Source: Botryllus schlosseri (Eukaryota). Taken from it: a stretch of 64,000 nucleotides of DNA. The translations under genes were made by a program, and so were the position numbers. The stretch is taken from contig CM119371.1 in NCBI GenBank assembly GCA_051294905.1, forward strand, positions 27,590,001 to 27,654,000, given 5' to 3'. Below are positions 1 through 11,700 of this stretch, in pieces. Below the pieces are notes generated by a model. That model ran no database searches. It had not been told where the DNA came from and saw nothing but the letters and a program-made list of their open reading frames with translations. Position 1 is the stretch's first letter; every line of letters begins with the position of its first letter.

Positions 1-233
1 GGATAAGGGACAGGTTCGACTGAAATAGGCATAAATGCCGCTAATTAGCTAATACGGACGTTCGAGCTGCATGGTCATTCAGGAGTTGATTGAAAGTGAC
101 GACCCTTTTTTAGTCAACTCCACAAATTTTCCAGCAAAAACAGCAGAATCGGCTGTGATAAGTCATGATCTACTAGCTTTTCTGATTTAGTAAAAGTGCC
201 CTCCTTTCACAATTCCAAAATTCAGTGACCCTA
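1..233. mobile_element. hAT-type MITE family Z, partial (truncated by window edge)
   Basis: Ends ...CAGTGACCCTA at 233 and aligns with the complete copy at 28214-28560. Confidence 0.7.
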
Positions 234-2530
234 CATCGAAGACTCACCGAACCGAATGCATAAAACACCTTTTATGTGACTACCACCAAGTGTTGCATGT
301 TATATTTAATACAGAACATGAAATATGTGTTTTCGCAGTCTATAACGACGATACGGGAATGCTGTTGTGATGATGCTGATTGTCGGATCGTGCGTTCCGG
401 AAATTGTGTGTCCGTGAAAAAGATCTAGCTTCGAATCGTTCCATCCAGTATCGAGATCAGAAACGTGGGCACTGGACATATCACTCTTGCCCACCAATAT
501 ATTGTGAAGATCTGTGTTGAAGGGTTGCGCCTCATGAATTCTACGCCGATGTCGTAATATGGTAGCATTAGTCAATTCTCACACATAGCGAGTATGTGGG
601 ACTGTGGAATATTGCTACCATGTTTTAACTCCTTAAATTTGAAAGGAAAATTCTGTAGGCTAAATATACACCATTTTATAAGTTTGAGTAATTAGAATAG
701 CAGTACACAATGTCCGGTTGGGATACGGGGCATTTTGGTAATCTTTTATTCACACCGGAACTGTAGGGTGCAAGTGATGCTTAAGGTTAATTCGCGCGCG
801 TATTTATCTTCCGGTAAGATTTCTTGTTATTTGTTTCGTATATCTATACCACATCGACTAACGAAAATGCAGTATCTGGTAAGCGACCATGCGGTTGGTT
901 GCACAACTACAATCTAAGAATTAGGTGAGGTAAACGGAAAGCCCCAAGTCGTTCAGCCTAATCTATGTATTTTGGTGTCGCCCTGATCACCGGAATTTGG
1001 TTGATAACGACAGGTGCAATCGACCGTTAGAATAATTGAGATTCCTCAAAAGTGTCATAAATCAGCGGGTGCAAAAGATTTGCAGCAACGAGCTGAATTC
1101 AAAGATATTTTAGGGAATACGAATAGAGATCATCGATACTTGATGTCTGTAGCGACATACGTATATACTAGGGATGGTGTAAACGTGAGGTTCACGTTCG
1201 CGTTCTGTGTGTGAACCTCAGAAATTGAGAGATTCTCGTTCACAAACGAACCTTGGTAGGTTCTGCACTGTGAACCTTTTTCATATATTACAGTCTTCAC
1301 TTCATTATAACATCTTTGGTTGGAATTTATCGCATTTTAACTGTATGTCGCTAGCAGCATAAGATATCAACACTAAAAGAGCATGCACCTTGGCAATCTC
1401 CACAATTTTACTTGCTTTGTTACAGAAAATTACTCGAAATATCCGGCTTTCCGTTTGTGAATATTTAGTGACTCTATGCTGTGAGCTTGACCCACAATCA
1501 CACAACATCAATAGCGAAATACACTGCTTGTAGTTAGTCATCGAATGATGCTTATTAAACCAATCAATGAAATTGATATTGTTGTCTGATGTAAAAAAAT
1601 CCAGCAGGCATACAGGTTCAATCTTGACTTCGTATGTTTATTGTATCATAAAATCAAATCCGTGCGATTAGGGTGTTGGCTATACTGTTGTATAAGTTGT
1701 TAATGGGGTAATATCGGTAGCAAGTATAGAAAGCCATTTTACACTCTGCTCAATATCAACGTGGCAATACTCGGACGCCGAATACATTGTCCTGTCTGGC
1801 CTAGACCGTTAAGGCGTAAGCTTTTATTCCTTTGCATTGCAAGCAGGTATACTCGTAGAAATTGTTGGTAAATCTACGGAAGATAGTGATTTTATGGGAC
1901 TGTTATGTCATTTGATTGCCCCAGTTGATACAATTGGCGACGTTAAAAACGTCAATCGTACTCAAGCATTGTGGCATTATGTGGTCCAAGATGTCGCTAG
2001 GTATCGTGCACATTAAATAGGCTATCATTTCACTGAAATGTAGGGTTGAAATTAGCAAAATGACGTCACTTGACATCATGAGGTTAACGTTCACGTTCAC
2101 ACAGAACCTTTCAAAACGGTTCGCGTTCACACCAGTGTTGGGATCAAGTCACTATCTTCGAGTCACGAGTCATTTTGAGTCATTGCACATTTTGACTCGA
2201 GTCAAGTCATGTCAATCGATTTTCGAAGGTGACTCGAGTCAAGTGAAGTCACCCGATTTTTGAAGGCGACTCGAGTCAAGTCGAATCAAGTCAAGTCAAG
2301 TCACGAGTCAAGTCACAATTCAAGTCAAGTTGCCTTTTCGAAGTATGAGGCATGATAACGTCCTTGCATTTTGCTAGCTGTCTGAATTACAGATTTAGTG
2401 GTCATTGATTCTGAACCGATGAGCGGTTATAGAGTTAAATATACATGCAAGAAGGCGCTGTATCGCTCACATATACGAAGAACTGCTAAACTACGTTAGT
2501 AATTGCAAAGCTTCAGTTTAGAGTTACCAG

Positions 2531-3520
2531 TAGGGATGGTGTGAACGTGAGGTTCACGTTCGCGTTCTGTGTGTGAACCTCGGAAATTTAGAGGTTCGCG
2601 TTCACAACAGAACCTTGGTAGGTTCTGGACTGTGAACCTTTTCCATATATTACAATTTTCACTTCATTATAAAAGATCTTTGGTTCAAATTTATTGCATT
2701 TCAACTGCGGGCCACTTTATGCATGGCGTTGGCAGCATTAAAAATCTACAGTAAACGAGCATGTACCTTGACAATCTCATAAGTTTTACTTGCTTTGTTA
2801 CAAAAGTTTTCTTGGAATATCCAGCATTCTGTTTGTGAGTATTTAGTGACTCTCTGCTGTGAGCTTGACCCGCAATCACACAACATCACTAGCGAAATAC
2901 GTGGTCAAGGAATGATGCTTATTCAACCAAATAATGAGATTGATATCGTTTTCTGATGTAAAAAATCTAGCAGGCCGACGGGGTGAATCTTGGCTCCATA
3001 TCTTCACTGCATCATTAAAACCGAATCCATGCGATTGAGGTGTTGGCTACTGCTGGGTAACTTGTTAATGGGGTAATATCGGTAGCAAGTCTAGAAACCC
3101 GTTTTACACTCTGCTCAGTATCAATAGCAATACTCAGACGCCGAATACATTGTTCCGTCTGGCCTAGACCGTTAAGGCGTAAGCTTATATTCACTGGTAG
3201 GTCCTCGTCGAGATTGTTGGCAAAGCGGCGTAAGATAATGATTTTGTGGGAGTATTTTATCCTTCGATTGCGTCAGTTGATACATTTAGCGATGTTTAAA
3301 ACGCCAATTTGTACTTATGCATTGTGGCATTATGTGGTCCGAGCCGTCGCTAGGTATCGTGTACATTAATATAGGGTATCACTTCATTGAAGATAGGGTT
3401 GTAATTACCAATATGACGTCGCGTGACGTCATGAGGTTCACGTTCGCGTTCACACAGAACCTTTCAAAAAGGTTCGCGTTCACACGAACCTGAACCTTTC
3501 AGAGGTTCACACCATCCCTA
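2531..3520. mobile_element. MITE family X copy (left arm of composite)
   Basis: TIR TAGGGATGGTGTGAAC / GTTCACACCATCCCTA; left flank GTTACCAG, right flank GTACGTAT (no TSD of its own). Confidence 0.9.
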
Positions 3521-4418
3521 GTACGTATTATGTGCGGCCGGTGAAAATGCGTCTCCACTATAATGCAGTTCGATCGCTAGGACGTCAATCTCCTTTTACG
3601 AATATCCTCCGTGTTTGATCAAATAAAAATCTAAAAAGGCCCGATTCTAAAACGCCCAGTTATGTCTACATTTCATCAATTAATATATATTCTTTCAAAG
3701 GAGCAAATCAGGTCGGCCCGCCATTCAGCGACCCAGGGATTTCTAAAACTTTAGAAATCCCTGCAGCGACCGCATCAAACGGAATTGAGACAATCGCATG
3801 CCGCTGTCCTTTCATAAATTGCCTCGACGCTGTGTTACCAAAGTAGGTCTGACTGAATGACTTTTTCAGAGAGCGCCAAGGCTTAAAGCTGGCCTTGTTT
3901 GCTGTGGTAAATAATGAGAGCGTATCGTGTATTTGCTTTGGGAGTCGCGCCCCAGACACAAGTGTTCTTACAGAAGGGCCTACGAAATTATACAATGCCG
4001 GCAACGGGCGAGTTTCAGTCGGTAATAAAATTGCCGGCGGCGCAAAAGGGAACAAACACAAAAATCCAGAAACCAAACAAAAATCGAGCACTTAATTGAA
4101 TGGAATGACCGGCGGATCGTATAATGCGTTCGAGGTAACGGCTTATCGCCGTTTGACTGCCTTGTTGACCTTGAATAGGGTGATTAGCGAATAATATGTA
4201 TCATTGAACGAACAAAGTGATATCACTGATGCCGGTCGTCCATGTTGAATGATACAGAACTAATGACTAAATGAAACAAAATAAAAAAATATAGTTTTTG
4301 CAAATGAAAACTAGCCAGCAACGTAGCCATCTGGATAGCGTGGCAAAGAAGCCATCAATATCAAATATATTCTTTGTATTGTAGAAGTGAAAACAGCTTG
4401 TACAGTACGACCTCGAAG

Positions 4419-5079
4419 TAGGGATGGTGTGAACGTGAGGTTCACGTTCGCGTTCTGTGTGTGAACCTCGGAAATTTAGAGGTTCGCGTTCACAACAGAA
4501 CCTTGGTAGGTTCTGCACTGTGAACCTTTTTCATATAGTACAATTTTCACTTCATTATAACATCTTTGGTTCATATTTATTGCATTTCAACTGCGGGCCA
4601 CTCTATGCATGGCGCTGGCAGCAATAAAAATTAACACTAAACGAGCATGCACCTTGATACGCTCAAAAGTTTTACTTGCTTTGTTACAAAAGTTTGCACG
4701 AAATATCCAGCTTTCCGTTTGTAAATATTTAGTGACTCTCTGCTATGAGTTTGACCCGCAATCACACAACATCACGAGCGAAATACGTAGTCAGCGAATG
4801 ATCCTTATTCAATCAATCAATGAGATTGATATCGTTTTCTCGTGCAAAAAATCTAGCTAGCGATGTTTAAAACGCCAACATGGAGTTCGATGTGGCCTGA
4901 GTCGTCGCTAGGTGTCGTGTACATTAATACAGGCTATCACTTCATTGAAAGATAGGCTTGGAATTAGCAAAATGACGTCACGTGACGTCATGAGGTTCAC
5001 GTTCGTGTTCACACAGAACCTTTCAAAAAGGTTCGCGTTCACACGAACCTGAACCTTTCAGAGGTTCACACCATCCCTA
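4419..5079. mobile_element. MITE family X copy, internally deleted (right arm of composite)
   Basis: Same TIRs; left flank CCTCGAAG, right flank GTTACCAG (5080-5087), which matches the left flank of the 2531 copy. Confidence 0.9.
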
Positions 5080-6152
5080 GTTACCAGCCAAAATAGAGAA
5101 TAGAGAAACGAAATCATAAGATGCAACACATTACCCATTTACAAATTGATATGACACAATTCGAGCCTGTGCCAATGGTTGAGGACTATACAAACTATAT
5201 TCGAATTCAATTTCAGTAAAACAAGAGGTTTGGAGTTTAGTTAAGGTAAGAACAGAGTACAGAAATAGACATTTTGCTACTAAATTACTTTACTATACTA
5301 GTTTACGACAACGTAAGCTGTAATCTTCGATCAATTCGTTTGCAGTCAATTTATTTGTGAGAGAACAATGGAGGTTCAGTAAAACGCACGATCATTGAAT
5401 GATTGGTCGCTCTCACTCTCTCCGCACTCACATATGCAAGATACAGTGATTTTTATCGACACCGATTACTTGATGACTTGAAATTGACTCGTGAATTTTG
5501 CGAAGAGTCACGAGTCAATCCACATTTCTGATACGCCGAGTCAAGTCAAGTAAATTCATTTTAGCAAAGTGACTCGAATCAAGTCAAGTCATACGAAAAA
5601 GGTGACTCGAGTCAAGTCATGACTCGAGTCATCCCGACACTGGTTCACACGAACCTGAACCTTTCAGAGGTTCACACCAGCCCTAGATATGCTCGGGGCT
5701 ACGGTGTCATACTGATGGAATCACTGTAACTTGACGTCAGTGCGGTAAAGCTGTGTTGCGCTTCAAAAAAAGTCGATTTCTCGTATACTTGAGGGAACAA
5801 CCAAAGTTGTGTGTGCGAACCTCAGAAATATGGAGTGTCGCATTCGCAAACAAACCTTGCTATGTCCTATACTGTGAACGTTTTCCATATATTATTATAT
5901 ATTAGTCCCGCGACCACAGGCAGCACACACGAATACGGTTAGATTCGTATCAGGCTTAATTTGTAAAATAATGCAATCAGTGCGCCTGATTAGCGGTCAT
6001 TGTTCTCACTCACAGACGGTGTTCTGTAAAAAAAACGCTCCAGAAAGACCCCGCTCGTACTTCCAGATTCTAAATTTCGCGTCATCTATGGCGTTGTATG
6101 GTTGTACCCGTATACTCGCCGGGCCGTATACTGGGAGGGCATTTTCGACTTT

Positions 6153-6201
6153 CTGAAAAAAGAGGACGAATCCTCTTAAACGAGGACGTACGGTAACTCT
6201 A
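6153..6201. mobile_element. Solo terminus of MITE family Z (also at ~31073-31122)
   Basis: AAGAGGACGAATCCTCTTAAACGAGGACGTACGGTAACTCTA resembles the right end of 61893-62312. Confidence 0.5.
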
Positions 6202-6684
6202 GAAAACATACGCCCTGCTGAGGCGGAGGACATGCTATAGCGAAGCACAGCAAGGCGATTTAACCAAGCCACAGAGTGCTCAGGATACATCCTGATATTA
6301 ACTCATACGCACGACAGCATGTGTTAACAATGTAATTCACTGCTTTCAATTCATAAACAAAAATGCACGCCGCAAAATAACTCTAGTCTTGGGCCCGTAA
6401 ACGTATATTCTGCTTCACACTTGGCCCGCCAAGAAAAATAATTTCCCCATCTTGAACTACCTTGACATAAAGAATGCATCTCTGTCTAATGTAAAAAGTT
6501 TAGCAGACGTATGGGATCTATCTTGAATTGGTATGGTTATTGTATCATAAAACCAAATCCACTAGATTTGCAATGTCCGTTGCAAGTATACGTACAGAAA
6601 CGATTTATTTCTCGCTTCAATCAGCATCAATATAGCTATGGTCTGACGCCCCATGAATACATTATTGTCCGCTTTGACCTAGAC

Positions 6685-7982
6685 CAGTGGTTCCCAACCT
6701 TTTTCGACTCATCGCCCCCTTTTCAAACTCCACACCAATCATCGCCCCCCAAATATTGGGAACCGAAAAATGGGCATACAGACTGATATCACCAACGAGT
6801 TGACTGAGAAAAAAGGTCAACTTTTCGGCTCGAACTCGAAATTACACTTTTCCAGCTAAATATTGGTTGAGTTGACTAACAAAAAAGGTGATTTCTCCGA
6901 CTTGATTCCCAAAGGACCGCAACAGCACTTCGTCAGCCCCCCGCCCCAATACGTTGGCCTTGACCCCCCCTCCATAGGGCGATAAAGCAAACTTCTGCAC
7001 CCCCCAGACCAAACTCCCCGATACCACTTTACCGCTACTTCTCAGCACAAATTCTTGGAGTCTTAGTTAGTCCGCTTAATTCGCGCGAAGCTCGAAAAAT
7101 TTCAATCATTCATGATTGAATCGGTCGGGAATTGCATATATATTGCTGTCAATTTTTTATCCTCTCTCTGCTCATGTATTCAGATTTACCGGTAAAGCTG
7201 AGTGAGGTGTCTTGGAAAATGTAGGGCCGGTAAATAATAATTGAACATATTTGGGCGGACTCGTGGGTATAATGACTTCGTCACGTAATGACATTTCGTG
7301 GCCTGTCTGCTATGTCAAAAGATATTCAAATCGCCCATACGTACTAGACTAAAAGACGCACACGATTTCAAATTGGTATTTCTGCACTGGCAATTAATTT
7401 TTCTCTGCGGGATGGAATTTGTTGAGGGGTTCTGATAGCCAGGACAGGATCATTTGGCGCCAGCCATTTAGATGCCTTTGGACAATTAAATATATATGTA
7501 TATCGTATATATATCGAATTCGGTCAGCATAAAGGCAGTCCTTTTCCGCCAAGGTTTTCTCGTTTTGGCACACTTTTGGGAGCCGCATGTTACATGGCCT
7601 GAAACTTCATATGTCTTGGTGCGTCATGGTGTGACAATGGCTGACGCCGAGATGCCCATTTCTATAACTCATGCGTATTATTTCTTGGAGGAAGGGTACC
7701 CAATAAGTAAGAAATATGTGACACGGAATGGCGCGCAGCGCGAAACTTTTTGAAAAAGTTTTAGTAGTTTTTAAAATATTACTCTATAATTATTGTAAAT
7801 TCACGAAAAGAATTGTGGACCACCTTCGAGCTCGGGTCCCCATCCCAATTGGGGGTTTGGATGTGGTAGTTACGGTCATGGACGCCAATATAGCCATTTC
7901 AACGCGTCATCGCCCCCCTATCGCCCCCTTCGTCCGTTTTCGCCCCCCTGGACCGACAAATCGCCCACGTTGGGAACCACTG
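6685..7982. mobile_element. hAT(Buster/Charlie-like) non-autonomous element, unit 1 only
   Basis: Perfect 14-bp TIR CAGTGGTTCCCAAC; perfect TSD ACCTAGAC (6677-6684, 7983-7990); subterminal ATCGCCCCC repeats; absent at the equivalent site in unit 2 (~31600). Confidence 0.93.
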
Positions 7983-8111
7983 ACCTAGACCTTCGTCGAA
8001 ATTATTTGCAAAACGAGTATCGCAGGACCGACCCGCGCGCTGCCATTCCAAATCCAATGTCTATAAATATGCTTGGAATACTGAATACTTTCTGCAATGT
8101 GACGTAGGCAA

Positions 8112-8715
8112 GCAGTCACGTTTGAGGCTCCAGCACTAGTAGACCATCATATGTGCCGCCCACCCGCCCTGATACCTCTCTTCCATTGCCTTACTGTCCT
8201 GGTGGAACCTTTATCCCTGCTCTTCAATTATATGTAAACTACAGACCACCAAGGTTTGCAGGAAAACGATCTAAGTGGCTGAAGAGATAGTGAACCTTGA
8301 TACTCATATTCACACATGAATCTTTCAAGCTGGAAAGCATATCTTCCAGCAATTCTTGGTATTTTTCAGCTTTTCGGTTACCATGAAAATTCCGTGTGAC
8401 AAAAACATACGAACACACAATAGACACAGCTTTTATGCGTTTGTGGATTTGAGGGCCATCAAAAATGCCTGCTTTTTTATGGTCAAAGTATGGAATAATC
8501 CGCGAGTAGTTGAAGCAATCCCCAGTTGCAGGCAAGGATTTCACCAATTGCTTCATCAAACCAAGTTTTATGTGCATCGGTGGGATGATGATATTCTCTC
8601 TAGCGACTAAATGTTCAATTATGATGTTAGCTTCACCTACTCTCATGGAAACTCTAGGTGACCACCCTTTCTTCCATGGATTTCAAGAAATAGTTCTAGA
8701 AATCCCTGCTTTCTT
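8112..8715 (-). pseudogene. Decayed DNA-transposon transposase, Chapaev3/CMC-like
   Basis: Minus-strand motifs PPMHIKLGLMKQLVK, AGIFDGPQI, NMSIKVHYLFSHLDRFPANLG, then EEQG*RFHQD...MEERYQG.W..CWSLKRD with in-frame stops. The family assignment is from recalled motif similarity, not a search. Confidence 0.7.
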
Positions 8716-11700
8716 CACCCTGTGACCAGTGCGCGCTCCGCTATCCCACAAGCAGCTAAGTGGCCAAATGTGGCCCGCGAGGTTATCCTCGAAATTTGTT
8801 ATATTTTTAAAAAAGTATTCACCAAGCAGGTCATTTATTTATGAACCTTCAAAGCCAACAAAAATTCAATCATCCTGACCGCTAAATTTGGGATGTTAAC
8901 GACGCATTGACATAGTCAGGGGTCAGTCACATGCTTTGTAATTCTTCGTATATGACCATAAAGTACATTGCTTCATGGCGGATACATTTGACTTGAATTT
9001 TTTCTTAGCGCTTCGCGCGATTTCTTGTCATTCGATTTCTTGCTTTTATTGCTGGTACACCATCCTGAAATGGAAAAATTGAAATACATTCAACCTAAAG
9101 AAATGAGTCTAACTTTATTTGCACATGTAGTTCAACATGCGACTTCGTGTCTGCACTCGCAGAATGATCGTCGGCGATGAAACCTATGCACAAAATTATA
9201 AACGCATTTTCACCGAAATCTTCGATATTGATAAGTCCATTGTCCATGTCTAAGCGCGGAAAAAACCTATCTTTGCCAAATAAACCCAGCGATATACAAA
9301 GGCTGCCCGCAATATATGCAAGTAATTGAGCGAATTCATTCAAAAACTTTAGAATAAAATTCGCGCCTCACGAGGCTAGGTGTTTTCATGGCATAGTTGT
9401 TACCGATTTTGATGCGTAGTAAGATAAGTCTTGTTTTCACCGTTACCTAACCCGGCTCACTCCTGTAGGACTAGTAAAAATAGTCATCAACATTCAAGTG
9501 GCCCACGAAATGGTTCGTAAATCTAATGTGGCCGTTTGATCGAAAATTTCGGCCACTCCTGCTATAAACTCTCAGGCATTCGGATACCAAAGTAGTACGC
9601 ATGTCGTAGTATAGGACGTTTTGTGGCCACAAGGAAAATGTTGCTAACTGCATGCTATGCAAAATAATATCATGTTTATGGACCATGACTTTTTGGCAGT
9701 GCTTTGTGGAAAATATTTTTCGATTCTTAGATACGTCCAGCCGAACTTTCAAGGCCTCAGCGACGGCAAAGTAGTATTGAAAGTTGTTTACACATTATCC
9801 TTGGAAAGAAGTGGTACATTTTTGTTACTCGGGAATATCCACTCGGGTGTCGAATCATTATAATGTATACTCGACTCGGATTTTAACAAGGTTTCAAATT
9901 ACAAGAATTATTTTGAACGAGTTTTCAAAGAACAACTATCTGACTGGATTGTGTTATTTATCTATGTCATACAATAAAGTGGTATTTGAATACGAAACCG
10001 CAAAATTAAAAATTCAGCATTGCGCAAATTTATATCGATATCTTTCATTTTGATGGTTCGTGAGACGATTATGACATAATTTGGTAAATAATATTTTCCG
10101 CTTTATCACGACAACATACGGTGATTTACAACGAATTGAGCGTAACAACTTTCGATTTACAAGTTTCTTCACGACCGCTGTTATTTGGAATATTGTTGTT
10201 TGATATGGCATCGCAAGATATTTTCGGACGATTCTCCTATCACAATACAAGGGATAGCCTGCTTCAAGATCCCGTAGTGTCAGTAATTTACAATTGAATA
10301 GTATATTCACATTAAAATGAATCCGAATCTTTTCGGCTAAGACTTATCGGGGGTGATCGTCAGCAACTAGTTAAGAATCAAATTAATTTTATTATGAATA
10401 ATGAATATTCTATTCAATGGTACATCGAAGCTCTGTACCTCCGATAAGCTCTTCGAATATGACAGTAAAATGAACAACGGAATGTCTTTTCACAATCTGC
10501 AAGTGAACCTGTATTAATTCCAATTGGTCAGTATTTGGCAGCAATGCATGGCGACGCAGAAGTGCCGTAAACAATGAGAGTATCTGTGTACGCAGACTTG
10601 TAAATCGTACGAACTTTGTCACGATCGTTGATAACACCCTATAAATTTATATTACCACATGATATTCCATTGAATATCTTTCCATCACAACAGAACATCA
10701 CGTTTATTATTATCAGTATACCAGCGCTCAAACCTATAGCGTATCAGCAAAATGTTTTAATGGTCACGGTCACAATCTGTCGATCCAATTATGCTGATTC
10801 AGTGCTGCGATTACAAAGCATGAGTGGACCATTAAATTCCATGACTCTAGTACGAGCCTAACGCCGCTTGGAAGAGGCGTCTTTGTATCTGCTTATGGGA
10901 TACAAGCACATACCAGCCTAAAAATATATGACGTTGTCTGCCTGACACGCGAACGAAGTCGCTATTACATTGAGAAATCGTACTTAATGCGTTCACAATT
11001 GTGCAAAATTCAATTTGTGAAGGGTTGGTTGTGTATGTAGGATGTGCTTATCTCTGTTTTGTGTGGATTTAGAATCAATATCTCTCGAGAAGTGAATTGC
11101 GTACGATGAAATTGAAATGGAAAACTTGAATACATTGTCATCCGTTTTCCTCATTCTATCATGGTGTTTTCTCGTGATATGGAAATACATTCGCGCCTCT
11201 GACCCCAGTATCAGTTTTGGGTATGCCTGTAAAAGTGGGGTCGCCAACACAGCCGTCAATGATCAGTAACTATTGCCATTGAAACAAGGTGTGTATTAAT
11301 TTTTACACCAACTTCGTCATTAAGGATTATTTTTAGGGGTGTAAATTATTTCATTTATTTACTATTTCAGGGAAGGGCTTATTTTGGAAATATAATCGAA
11401 TTTCAGGATATCCTTCGTCATAAAACAAGTACAGATAGTACTGTTTTGATATAGAAAAGATATTATAGAGAAAGGAATAGTGCATAAACGCTGTTCATTT
11501 CCGAAATGTTTACCGTGTTGAACAGCGAGCAGTTACATAACAGCTTCCAGTTGCCGCTGAAAGCTTAATGAAATCGTATATTGAACTCAAGTTACTTGCT
11601 GTGGCGTATTTTGATAAGGTCAATATCATCCCGATGACCAGATGTAGTAATTTCGATATGTGTTGGATGAGATTTTGTTGTCTGATTTCCAACTGAGCAT

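Larger units (their letters stand above)
2133..5642. mobile_element. hAT-type MITE family B (about 950 bp without its insert), nested in family X
   Basis: TIR CAGTGTTGGGAT / ATCCCGACACTG; perfect 8-bp TSD GTTCACAC (2125-2132, 5643-5650); many subterminal GAGTCAAGTCA / GACTCGAGTC repeats at both ends. Confidence 0.92.
1169..5685. mobile_element. hAT(Ac-like) MITE family X, outer copy interrupted by nested insertions
   Basis: TIRs TAGGGATGGTGTAAAC / GTTCACACCAGCCCTA. The uninterrupted counterpart is at 29503-30513. The empty site GTATATAC is seen in the third block (~55109-55116). Confidence 0.88.

Noticed and set aside
10993-11259. 88-aa minus-strand ORF with a counterpart at 34608-34896
   Set aside because: The reading frame is split between two frames in unit 2, so it is not conserved as coding.
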